Shown piece by piece: positions 36,965-55,145 of a stretch of 64,000 bases of DNA (position 1 is its first letter; every line of letters starts with the position of its first letter). Origin of the DNA: Tubulanus polymorphus (taxonomy: Eukaryota > Animalia > Nemertea); assembly GCF_964204645.1 (NCBI RefSeq), contig NC_134031.1, positions 1,240,001 to 1,304,000 on the forward strand, in the 5' to 3' direction. The notes under the pieces are model-generated. The model ran no database searches, was not told the DNA's origin, and was given only the letters and a program-made list of their open reading frames with translations. The translations under genes were made by a program, and so were the position numbers.

Positions 36965-37800
36965 TTTCACAAATTTCGAGTGCTCTGACTGTATAGCTGT
37001 ATTACACTGAAATGTTTGATCTCTACAAACAGCTATATTGTTATATATATACCTAGAATCCTGTGTGTGTGTGTGACATGATGAGATGATTGACACAGCA
37101 ATTGACTTGATAGATGATTAATTATCACTTGTCTTGTTAATTGGCTTAATTAGCCTGACTGATCAGATATCACCTCTCACTAATTATCTATCAAAATTAA
37201 TAAGTGACATCAATCAATGCCTAACAGCAGCAGGACGGTCCCCCACACAACAGACTGAGAGACGGTCACAACAGACATCAACAAGTAACAGACAGACACA
37301 CGGACACTGACAGACAGATACTAGACCACAACAGATCAACGACTTCTCAATTTCTCAAATCAAAGCTTCACAACCTTCAAATCTCATCACATTATCTCTT
37401 GAAATGGGACCAGGATGTTACTGAATAACGTTCAAATCATGTCAATTACTAAAATATTGAATTAGAAGGCATGAAAATCATAATTACCGTCGAAACAAAA
37501 TTTCTAGTTCTGGATCGCGCAACGACCTTGAGAAAATGCCGGTAACTTGTGCGTTGAATAAAAAGTTAATTGTATTGAATTGTCTCTTCGATACCTAATT
37601 GAAGTTCAAGCTGAAGGTATGTGGAGGCACTTTGGGGAGTAGTGATTAAATCCCAAATAGCAAAAGTCTATTTTCCCTACGTAAGCCTTCAATATTCATT
37701 ATCGAGTAGCGGCTGAAATCTGCTCCTCCCGACTGTCGTTTAATTCTCTACCCCTTAAAAAAGTCAATGTCCATGAGAAACTTAAATCTCTCTTGTAAAA

Positions 37801-38061
37801 ATGTCATTTTTACTGCGCTATTTAAAATCGTCCTCGGATCAAACTAAAAAAAAATTTGTGTTTATCACATCAGGGGTAGCGCTGGGTATATTCTTCAGTA
37901 AACCAATCTACGATATATTCATAGTTCCCGTTCACATTTGGTACACCGGCGCTGAACATCCTATGACTCAAGAAGTTGAAGGTTCGTCGTCTATTTCTAT
38001 TGATTTCGTTATTTATATCATCTCTCGAGGCCCAGTTGATGTTCAGGTTATGTTGTTTTAA
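37801..38061 (+). CDS. Putative single-pass membrane microprotein (72-86 aa depending on splicing)
   Basis: AAAATG context; basic N-term followed by hydrophobic FVFITSGVALGIFFSKPIYDIFIV. A possible donor GAAG|GTTCGT at 37981/37982 could join an acceptor at 38281 (stop 38317-38319). Confidence 0.5.
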   Translation: MSFLLRYLKSSSDQTKKKFVFITSGVALGIFFSKPIYDIFIVPVHIWYTGAEHPMTQEVEGSSSISIDFVIYIISRGPVDVQVMLF

Positions 38062-38213
38062 TTATTTAAGTGGTCAAATCCACAGCGGCTCGTATCAGAG
38101 TTGTAGTAGGTAATGTAAAAACGGTAATCTGTTAATCCTATGTCTATAGGGGCCTAGTTATTTTATATATACTATAGACATAGGATTAACAGTTTATCTG
38201 TGGTCAAATCCAT

Positions 38214-38418
38214 GGTAAAAGTGCAGATCCGCGTAAATAAATAAACGGTTCAATCAGTTACATTAAATATCATTGTTTCAGATTCAAAATGTCATCAGCA
38301 ATTTCATGCCATTGGTTAATTTTAAGATATCTTCACTAGAAAGATTTTAGCCTGGATTCTGTCATTCAGTAGGCCTAGATTGCGTCAATCACGAGAGGTG
38401 CGGATCTGCACTTTTACC
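38214..38418. mobile_element. MITE with 19-bp TIR and 8-bp TSD (possibly Merlin-type)
   Basis: AAATCCAT|GGTAAAAGTGCAGATCCGC ... GCGGATCTGCACTTTTACC|AAATCCAT. Confidence 0.85.
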
Positions 38419-38851
38419 AAATCCATTATGATAAACTGAAAAGTTATCAAGAAATACCGGCTTAGGGCCTACAGGGATTTTTGCTTTTATTTGATGACTA
38501 TTAATCAAAGTTTCATTTTCTTCCCCCCTGTTTTATACGGGCGCTCCAAAAATACTGAATGAATGAAATATCCGTTGTAGCACATTTTCCCAACCGTTGA
38601 AAATGTTTCATTTCGACCTCAAGGATTCTCTGGACCTGTTGATTATAAGAGTTTACTAAGAAAATGTGGTCGCATTTTATTTTCCAGAGTTCAAAGCGAA
38701 AAAATTGCTCGAGTACAAAAAACGCGAAGAAGAGGCTAAACTTCGAATTCAACGGGAAAAGGAACGAAGGGAGGCGGAAATAGCGGCTCAAAAATCCGGA
38801 CTTACTCTACAAAAAAAACAATAAACACTGGCTGAAAATACGGACTGAAAC

Positions 38852-46081
<7,230 letters not shown>

Positions 46082-46618
46082 ATCCTCACTTACCGCAGCT
46101 GGCTCTATCTACTGCTAGTAGCTAGCCACGGTAAAATGATAAATAACAAACAGAGTATCGTAATATATAGAAATAGAGAGGCTTTGAATGTTATGATTTT
46201 GTAAATTAATTGCTCATTTTCTAATTGATTTGGAAATTCGTTACTAGAATAGAATATGACTGGTAGCAATTTTGCTTGGTAATAAATTGATTAACTCTTT
46301 TTGATCATGTTATTCATGGAATTGCATCAAAAATAATCGATGTGCTAAAAGATTTCTATAATTTCTATGTTTGCCATTAAGAGTTAGATAAACAAATTGT
46401 TTTTTTTTTGGATAAATCTGTCTTTTCGTTCGTTTCCTGCGTGCATCCAGCTCTACTACTCAGCAGAATTACTGAGTTCCATCCTCTGTCTAGTATCAGG
46501 ATAGAATCAGTGCCAGTATTTACTGGGTGTGAACCCGACATCATCTAAACAGCATCAGAAAATTACTAGGTTTCGTAGTAGAGGTGCCCAGGTTCCGCCA
46601 CAGAATCACGTTGCAACA

Positions 46619-46695
46619 CTGACACTCCTACGCTCGACTGACCCTCCTGCGCTCGACTGACCCTCCTACGCTCGACTGACCCTCCTACGCTCGAC
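46619..46695. repeat. 19-bp tandem repeat CTGACCCTCCTACGCTCGA x4
   Basis: Directly visible downstream of the FBXO38 stop. Confidence 0.9.
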
Positions 46696-47163
46696 ATAAC
46701 ACTTCCACACCCGACTTTTACCAAGGGAGGCATGAATTATTATAGAATAAATTATTTATTTTTATCAAAAATTATTTCATAAGTATTAACACAACCGTTG
46801 GAAAGTCGACAAGAATCGCAAAATTTTGAAGCAAATATAAATCACTCATACATAACACAAATATCTCGGAAATATCAATTGCACTTGGACGGAAACTAGA
46901 AACACAGGTCAACAACTTCAGCACATCTAAAATCATGAGATTCCCTGCTATCATTATATAAGCTGTTCAAACAACAGAATAGACCATAGTTGAAGATGAT
47001 CTGTTCTGATACAGCGCGCTGTTCATAAGGTACCTAGATACCGTCTAATTAGACATTCATTGCACATGCAGCAGTAGCCTTTCTTTAAAAATGACCTTTA
47101 ATGAGTACCAACTATGACTTGAAGGATGTGAGCAACAATTTGAGAACTTGGAATAAACCCAGT

Positions 47164-47585
47164 GGCCAGTGCCACAGTCGTGGCTCAGACTCAAGACTAG
47201 TCTAAGTCTCTCCTTAGCTCTATAGCCAATCTAACAACTTGAGACCAGTCTAAGCTCATCATAGTTCTATAGCAAATCTAACAACTTAAGACCAGTCTAA
47301 GGTCATCATAGTTCGATAGTCTATTTAACAACTTAAGACTAGTCTAAGCTCATCTTAGTTCTATAGCCAATCTAACAACTTAAGACTAGTCTAAGCTCAT
47401 CTTAGTTCTATAGCCAATCTAACAACTTAAGACTAGTCTAAGCTCATCATAGTTCTATAGCCAATCTAACAGCTTAAGACCAGTCTAAGCTCATCATAGT
47501 TCAATAGTCTATTAAACAACTTAAAACCAGTGTTTATATTTTAAGACCACTGTTGTTGATAGAAGTCACGACTGAGGAACTAGCA
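47164..47585. mobile_element. Family A MITE expanded by an internal 47-bp tandem array (~7 units)
   Basis: Family A termini bracket repeats AGCTCATCTTAGTTCTATAGCCAATCTAACAACTTAAGACTAGTCTA (period 47, e.g. 47347 and 47394). Confidence 0.8.
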
Positions 47586-47636
47586 GCAGGTAATCAGCCG
47601 ATGTTGTGTATTGTATTGAGACTGAGTATTTCAAAT

Positions 47637-48149
47637 CTATCGTAGTTTATAATGTTTTCTAGCTGGAAAAGCCGCGTATGATTTACTGCTGAGATCTTCA
47701 GAAGATTTCCATGATTTTAAATGATTCGTTCTGAGACAGTTTCGATTGTTATTCACCCCGCCGCCAATACCAGATGGCGCTACGAGCTCGACGGGTTTAT
47801 TCTGTCGCCGTTCTTCGGCTAGGTAGAGATCGAATTTTTGATTGGTCGAAAGTTTTGGATCGAAGAGATTTTTAACGATTCCCGAACTGGTGTGATGCAT
47901 CGGGTAGTGACTGGGTGTCGCTGTAACACGACTGTGAGACGGACGAAGACTCGCTAGAATATAAAGTCTATTATCCTGATAGTTGTGTAGATTCAGATGT
48001 GAATCATCGACGCTCTTGGCAGACGGACGAACAGAAAGTCCTAACGTTTTCTGTTTAGATTTTGATTGCATCGGACGCGGCAGGAAACTCAACAGCTCTA
48101 CTTTTTCCCGCCAGGAAAGTTTGCGGATTTCTGATATTTGGTCCGTCAT
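47637..48149 (-). CDS. Uncharacterised basic 170-aa protein (coding exon preceded by an acceptor at ~48155)
   Basis: Open 170-codon ORF directly after TTTCAG|GTTCA-ATG; no recognisable domain. Confidence 0.5.
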   Translation of the reverse strand: MTDQISEIRKLSWREKVELLSFLPRPMQSKSKQKTLGLSVRPSAKSVDDSHLNLHNYQDNRLYILASLRPSHSRVTATPSHYPMHHTSSGIVKNLFDPKLSTNQKFDLYLAEERRQNKPVELVAPSGIGGGVNNNRNCLRTNHLKSWKSSEDLSSKSYAAFPARKHYKLR

Positions 48150-50039
48150 TGAACCTGAAATAAAGAAAGGTCATCGTCTTTTTCATTTCGAGATATCAAG
48201 ACTCTTTGGTGTATTCATTGAAAGTGATTAAAATAGTCGCGTGTTGCCTTCGTTCACCGCGTTATAATCAACAACTAGACTGGAATTATTACTCGCTTCT
48301 GACTTGAACTTTAATCAACCTCAATCAATCGATCAATGAAATTACATTTACTTAAAGCAGCTTGAAATAGATTTGCAATTCATTCATGCAAAATAGCGAT
48401 TAATCATTGAAACTGTTTATAGATTCTGTTTCACTTGAATTTTGTCATATATTGTATGTATTGGGACAGAGAAATGTTACTTCAATTTCCAATTTCAAAA
48501 TCTCATTGTCTCATTCTCGGCAGGTGTAGTGGGTTTGTAAAGGACACACCAAATACCCGGTAATCAAATCAAATAAATAAGAGGGACATTCATCCATATT
48601 TCCGTGTAGATCAACAGAGAAATGTCTGTAAATGATTATGGCTTTGCATATACAATGAAAGTCTTTTATATTGCCACTGTTGGAACTGATGAAAAATATG
48701 GTATTATAATGAATTTGGCAGCATTAATATATATTTTCATTGAATTTGAGTTAGATTGAATAAGATTTGTTCTCTGAGAAATGTTGGAGTTATCCAAGCA
48801 GTGGTTTTAAAAAGGATTGGCAGCGTTGTAATGGACTTTGACTGTGGAGCCAAATTCCTGGCTCCAGCATGATGAAAATTATTCCCAAAAGGACATCAGA
48901 ACTGAAACTTTTTGAATGGAAGCTTACCTTTATAGTGTAGTTATCACTTTTTCACTGGTTCGTATCTGGCAGCTAAACTAACGTACGCCCTTCCACTAGA
49001 ATCAAACCACATCTACAATATAATAATAATAATATATCTCTGAATATATCAATTAAGCTGATATAAACTCTTCACGTTCCTTCTACGCCCGAAATACGCT
49101 GATATTTAACTACGATATTAGTTTCCAGTACAGCATACGTGAACATACATTCTATTTGTCCGGAACTCTGCAGAAATTTGTTTTAAAATACTGTCCTTCA
49201 CATTCGTTGTTCAAGCAGTTAAGTGACCACGATTATCATACATTAACCCTGAACAGATACCGGTCAAGTCTTTTACCGACCAGGGGCCAGTTGCACAGAC
49301 AAGACTTAATCTAAGCCCCATTGATCGAAAAGCCAATCTCACAAATTAAGACTAGTCTTAAAATGTCATAACTGTTCAACTCTGGATAATCTATGTGTGA
49401 CCCTAAATAAAAACCCAAATTTCTGACATTTCATATACTCACAAAATGATGAAAGTGATAAAACCGCAACAGTCCGGTAAGATTAACCATAAACTAACAA
49501 CGTTTATCAATATAAGCTATGAATAATTCAAGAGCGTGTAGAGGACATCCTGCGTCTGCCTCGCTCTTAGTTACGTTCACTTTACGGAAATGTCAATATT
49601 CACCGTGACAACAACAACAATACGTCCTGCGTGTAGTGTTATCAACAACAGTATCATTACAGTAGAGTGCGGTAAACTAACCCCAGGGATGTGATAGAGT
49701 CCTCCCGGGGAGTGCAGGGTACCTCTGAATCTATTGTATATTACCGCAATAAGCCATCAGAGAAACACATGTTACATATCACACAGAAAACAATCACTGT
49801 ATTAGTTCATTTATTTAGAGACACAAAACATGATACAATTTTACACCAGTTACAATGAAGCACAACAAATTCACTTAAACATCAAGTAATCAGTAAACAT
49901 GAAGACAGCTAGCACTTTATAGGTTAACTTGATTCTGTTAGAAATTACAAGCTTTCGTCCCCTAGTGCAGCTTCAGAGAGTACTGAGTAGCTTCAGGTAA
50001 ATCAGTAGTCTGTTAATTCTTCTACGACCAAACTACCTG

Positions 50040-50145
50040 GACCCAGTTCCACAGTCGTGAGTTAAGATATGACTGAGTTAAAACATTGGAAATGAACTAA
50101 TTTTAACTCAGAGTTAACTCTAACTCACAACTGTGGAACTGGGTC
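50040..50145. mobile_element. Harbinger-like MITE family C (related copy ~1613-1716)
   Basis: CTG|GACCCAGTTCCACAG ... CTGTGGAACTGGGTC|CTG. Confidence 0.75.
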
Positions 50146-50507
50146 CTGATTTTACTATCCACTAGTAAAGACAGCTTGTAATTTCTAAATGGCCTTTACA
50201 ACCAGTCTTTGCGTTTACTGATTTAACATCAGGTTATCACAGCTCTTTTACAAGTCCTTGCATCAAAGAATAGAATCCCAGAAATCTAATTGTAAAAAGA
50301 CACAGATTTTTTCAAACACTGAAAGCAAGATATTCTGTTAGAACGCACACACTTATGAAACTCTTAGCAAACCATTATATCCTTTTAGATTGAATGATTA
50401 TGTTATTGAGGTTTCACGGTTCCCTCAGTTAGTAATTGACACTCTGTTCGGGTTAAATTAACCGATTATTTAATTCATTCAATCTTTCAGTGGTTTTTAT
50501 TATTCTC

Positions 50508-51362
50508 TCACTCACAGTAAAACCTGATTACGATAGTTAGATATAGATAGTAGTGAAGTACCGCAGATTTCGATGGCGCTCCTGGAATCAGCGAACTCGA
50601 CGACCCCGTGACAGACGACACCGTACGAGGAGTTATACGTCTGCTACCCATGCCAGCGACGCCATCTATATTCGTCCGCGTACGAGGTCCTAATTTCAGC
50701 CCGGAGATGGCGCTGCTTCTCCAGAACTGCTGCAGCGGGTTTGACAATGATCGATACCCAGCTATCGTCGATGTCTCGTGTTGCTGCGGTTGGTGTTTTT
50801 TCTTGGCGGTTGTTTTTGAAGACGATGACGACTGGACGACGGTCACCGGTTGATGAACCGCGCCCACGTTACGAGACAACAAATATTTACAGTTCAATTC
50901 AAACTGGTTTCTATCCGAGTCTGATTTCAATGAAAATCCCGAAGATGATTTCGAAAAAACGTCCGAAGCAGAATTGATTGTATTGTCATTATAAACGTTG
51001 TGAATGGAGTTAGAAACTGTAGGTGACAATGTTCGGTTTCCTCCGGCGACACTAGGTGAATCGACCTCGTCTAATTTAGGTACAACAGTCGGCGGTTGAC
51101 AATATTCTTTACGGATTGAATTCTCTTTGTTCTCGTCAGAAACTCGTTCGATTTCTTTAATCGATGCTTCGAGGAAATCAGCGAGTGATAATTGTTGGTT
51201 GAGTCGTAACGACGACGACGACGTGGGCTGCGGTGACCGTGACGACGACGCGGGCTGCGGCTCTGTGCTGCTGAACGATATGACGTGTTTCGGATCGTGA
51301 GATGTTTTACTAATTACCGATGTTTCCGATGAGGAATCGCTCGCGCTGTCATTAACAACAAC
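50508..51362 (-). CDS. Ser-rich low-complexity coding exon, possibly an alternative last exon of the gene starting at 54470
   Basis: 287-codon open frame starting at acceptor TGTCAG|GTTGTT (phase 0); AATAAA follows near 50495. Confidence 0.55.
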   Translation of the reverse strand, partial: VVVNDSASDSSSETSVISKTSHDPKHVISFSSTEPQPASSSRSPQPTSSSSLRLNQQLSLADFLEASIKEIERVSDENKENSIRKEYCQPPTVVPKLDEVDSPSVAGGNRTLSPTVSNSIHNVYNDNTINSASDVFSKSSSGFSLKSDSDRNQFELNCKYLLSRNVGAVHQPVTVVQSSSSSKTTAKKKHQPQQHETSTIAGYRSLSNPLQQFWRSSAISGLKLGPRTRTNIDGVAGMGSRRITPRTVSSVTGSSSSLIPGAPSKSAVLHYYLYLTIVIRFYCE

Positions 51363-51817
51363 CTGACACAAGATTAATTAAATCAAATACACAGAATTCA
51401 ATAACACAGTTTTATGAAGAAAAGGTAGAAATTTGGAAAAAGCTTGAATAACTAAACCAAATTCTACAGGTTTCAATCTATACTTTAGACCTGGTTTTTT
51501 TTACAGATCAGGGAATCCAAAGTTCCATGATATTTCCCAGACCTTTGACCAAATATTCCCTGATTGACAGTGGGTGCTATTTCTTCCAAAAAGGTTCCTT
51601 GTGCAACTTGTTACCAGCAAGAAGAACAAGATACCAAAAATTCGAATTCCTTGACTTTCTCCTGGTTTTCAAGAAAAGAATCAGACTACACTGATTTTCC
51701 CCGATCAGTAAAAACCCGTAGAAACATTTAAATTGAGTTCACACTTGAAAATATTTCAGGATCAATAGTTAAAACTTATTCTAATTCAAATTTTAATTGT
51801 GAAGCTATAACCAGCTG

Positions 51818-51946
51818 GGCCCGGTTTCACGAAAAAGTTAAACTCAAATTTTTGGTGTAATTGCTATTGGTTACTTCATGTTTTCAATGAGGACAACAAT
51901 TCAAACTCAACCGTTTTAGGCTTAAACTTTTTCGTGAAACTGGACC
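51818..51946. mobile_element. Harbinger-like MITE family B
   Basis: CTG|GGCCCGGTTTCACGAAAAAG ... TTTTTCGTGAAACTGGACC|CAG. Reverse copy at 60343-60471 (CTG TSD); partial copies near 1841, 3720 and 6503. Confidence 0.8.
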
Positions 51947-52241
51947 CAGGAGTCCAGATCACAGTTCAATTGATTCTACCATTAGAATTAGCGCCCATTC
52001 AGATTTCCCCGGTGTAACTCAGGTTTATGGATCTCACTCGTGTTTAATCAGTTAATCGCAGTGAAACTGTTTTGAAAGGTTTAATCGATGTCGCTGCTGT
52101 ATCCATGGATGCGTTTGTTGACAGACCGATGATATTTTCCGGATGATTAAATAGCGAGATTCATCGAGACAAATTGATCGTTTCTATAACGACATTTAAC
52201 AATCAGTAATATTTTATGTGAAATCCAACAGTCGCGCTGAA

Positions 52242-54470
52242 CTACGCTTCAACGCTGAATATCTGTAAAACTAACAGAACATTCTCAACAACATCAAAAC
52301 AATACCATCTTAAATACCTTACCTTATTGTATTGTTGATTTGAGATTAATTTCGTTAAAGTTTGTAAAGTTGACATTTTTGACGGATGAAGAACGAAATC
52401 CTGATTCAGTGGTTTCCCCTGACTGCAATTCAAATTAAAATATCATTCTTAGTAACGAATCAAACAAGCCTGATGGGGGTGAGTGGTTCGTCTCAAATCT
52501 CATAAATTTTTTTTGTCTAATGACTTTATTCACAGAACTAGGAAGAGAACAGATTATCATTTGACAAAAAATTTGAGTTTCCTATCAGAGATATCTGTTG
52601 CTGTCTGATTCAATGAATACAAGACTACAAGAATTTGACTTCAAACTGTGCTTCTATAGGAATGAGATACTGGTTTTATGGTTGAGGGGGGGGGGGGGGT
52701 GGCTAGACACACGAGTTTCTTTTCAGAGATATCTGTTGCTGTGATTCAATGAGTTTTACAAGAAGTCGACTTCAAAAGAAGTTTAAACAGTAGTTGAATG
52801 CGATACCGGTATTCGATTATGACTTGAAGTCTTTGCTTGTTTTACAATGAAGGCAGCAGTAGGGCTCAGGGAGTCATTGTTAGATCGCGTGCTTCAAACA
52901 AACATTGCTTAAATATCTGAGTAATGAATATTGAATGAAGGCACGTATGAAGCACCGAGGGGGGTTAGTGGTGGGTGGTACCGGGTTAGGCAGGTACGAT
53001 TTAAATAACAGTTGAACCAACGTCACGCGAACAATAAATAATAAATCATTATCCGTTTAAATCGCCTTTCAACGTTTAAAGCCGTCGATTTTACGCACAA
53101 TTGTGTTTTACTTCACAGAGAAAAACACAATTCACTCGTAACAATGAAGACTTTAGAATTAGAAATTTATTAATAGCCCGTATTGTGCTTGTAGTAAGAA
53201 ATATTTGACAAAACTGAACTCATATAGGCCTATGAGGGGAAACATTTTGGAATTACCCTAACAATTACTCATTAAGAAATTTCAGCTTTACTAAATCAGA
53301 AAATAAAGTTTCACTGAATTAGACCTAATTAAGGTTCAAGTAGTTCAACATTTATACATTTACCTTGTTAAATAAGATTTTCTTAATTGGAAATTTCAGA
53401 TTTTACTCAAGATTTAGAAAAGGAAATTAGACTTACGCCGAGTATTTGTCCACTTGTTGTCGGTGTGAAAGGGTTAAACAGTTGTTCGTTGATTGTTGAT
53501 TGTTTTTGATTGGTTTACAGCCCTGAAACACCGAGTAACTGGGCACCTGCTGCTGCTGGGCGACTGTCTGTTTAATCAGTTCATTATTTTGGCTATAGGT
53601 GGCGACTGCGGGCTGCGGATACTCGGGGAACGTTCTCTGATGATGTCTCCAGCCAGCAGATGGCGTCGACGGTGGTTTAAGTTTTTTCCTCCGTTTCGCC
53701 GAGTTGAGTCGACTGGCCGATTTACTGCCAGACGGACTGTTTACGACGTGTCCCGACGCCGGGCGATCGCGCGTCGAAAAATTATAATAATCTCGCGGAG
53801 AGTCGAACTTTGAGGCGTTCGATGTGGGAACCTTGAACAACCCGGAGTACATACTAAAATTAAAATCGCCTCGATTCGTTAAAACTGGCGACGGTGACGC
53901 TCGATTATACAACTGTTCCACCGATATCAGCCGGTTTTTAGTGTTATCGTAAACCGGGTCTAATTTCACGGCTACAGTCGTCGAACTCCTCTGATGAAGC
54001 GAAGATGGTGCCACTGTCTCTGCATCTGTTCGATGATGATGAAATGATGATTGTGAACTAGTCGCTGCTATATCTCTAGACGCGTGCTCGCGACGATACT
54101 GTACGATATACCCTCGTGAATCGCTGTAATATTTAAACTCAAATTCAATCGGTTTTTCCTTCTGTTGGTATCCGTGATACGTCGATTCTCGTGGCGCCAC
54201 CTTCGACCCGGTTTCGTGACGGCGAATTCTTGTACCCGGTTTTTTCGAAGGCACGCTCACCCACCCGGTTACGAATAATTCCTTACCCTCAGGATCGCGA
54301 GCGCCGCCCCCACCACTTTTTAACGCCGAATCGAGCAAATCTTTAGATTCCTCGCTTGCCACAGCACCACCGGTATCAATATCCAGTAATCTCTCCACGA
54401 CATCCCGGTCGAATTTCTGGTCGAAATTCTCTCGAACTTCAGCAGCGCCTGCGGACGCCATACACATCAT
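52242..54470 (-). CDS. Uncharacterised Ser/Pro/Arg-rich protein, divergent from INPP5E
   Basis: 345-codon first exon ending GC|GTAAGT splices in frame to a short exon QGKPLNQDFVLHPSK...QQYNK (~52323-52422). The 3' end is uncertain. Confidence 0.65.
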
Positions 54471-55145
54471 GACATTTTATAAATCAATGTTTCATTTTGT
54501 CTAAAATCTGGTAATCGATGGTAAAATACTTCACTTGTTATTGCTGTTCTTTTCTCGGCGGAGATGCGCAGCGCGATCAGTTTGACAGTTTACACTCGAG
54601 TGCACATGGCTAATGCATAGTGATAAACAACATTAGGCTGATCAATCAGTGGATACTCCACCCTCTGAACTAACTCAAGATGAACTAAACAGCGCCGGGA
54701 GGAAACCCTAAACCTAACCAGCCAGATCAGCCATCCGCCCCGAATAAACTCCGGTTCACAGGATTCCACCGGTATATTTCTCCGGTTCGGGGATTCCGGT
54801 AGTGGTTCGGTAATTCCGGAAGTACTGTAGACGGTAGTGACGCACGTAATAAATCGGGGATTACGGAAATGATTACGCGAACCACTAGCAACAAGTTGTA
54901 AACAAATTATTTTGATAGTAACTCAACGAAATGGAGAAACACGATTAGTGAAGTAAGATTCATTAGAACAGTAATTAACACTCTAGGGCTAATTAGTAAT
55001 TAAACTGCTTGTTGAAACACAGCATTCGAGAGTGGTCCAAAAATAATTAATCGCATTCTTCCTCGCTTAGCATTTATGTTCACTACTAACTACGACAATT
55101 CCATGTCTGTTCCATTCTGTTAACTGTTTAATTTTTTGTTATCAG

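Noticed and set aside
36965-37096. N-terminal 44-codon extension of the BMPER ORF
   Set aside because: It starts at a non-ATG codon, contains a CA repeat and splice signals, and the signal peptide begins at ATG 36964.
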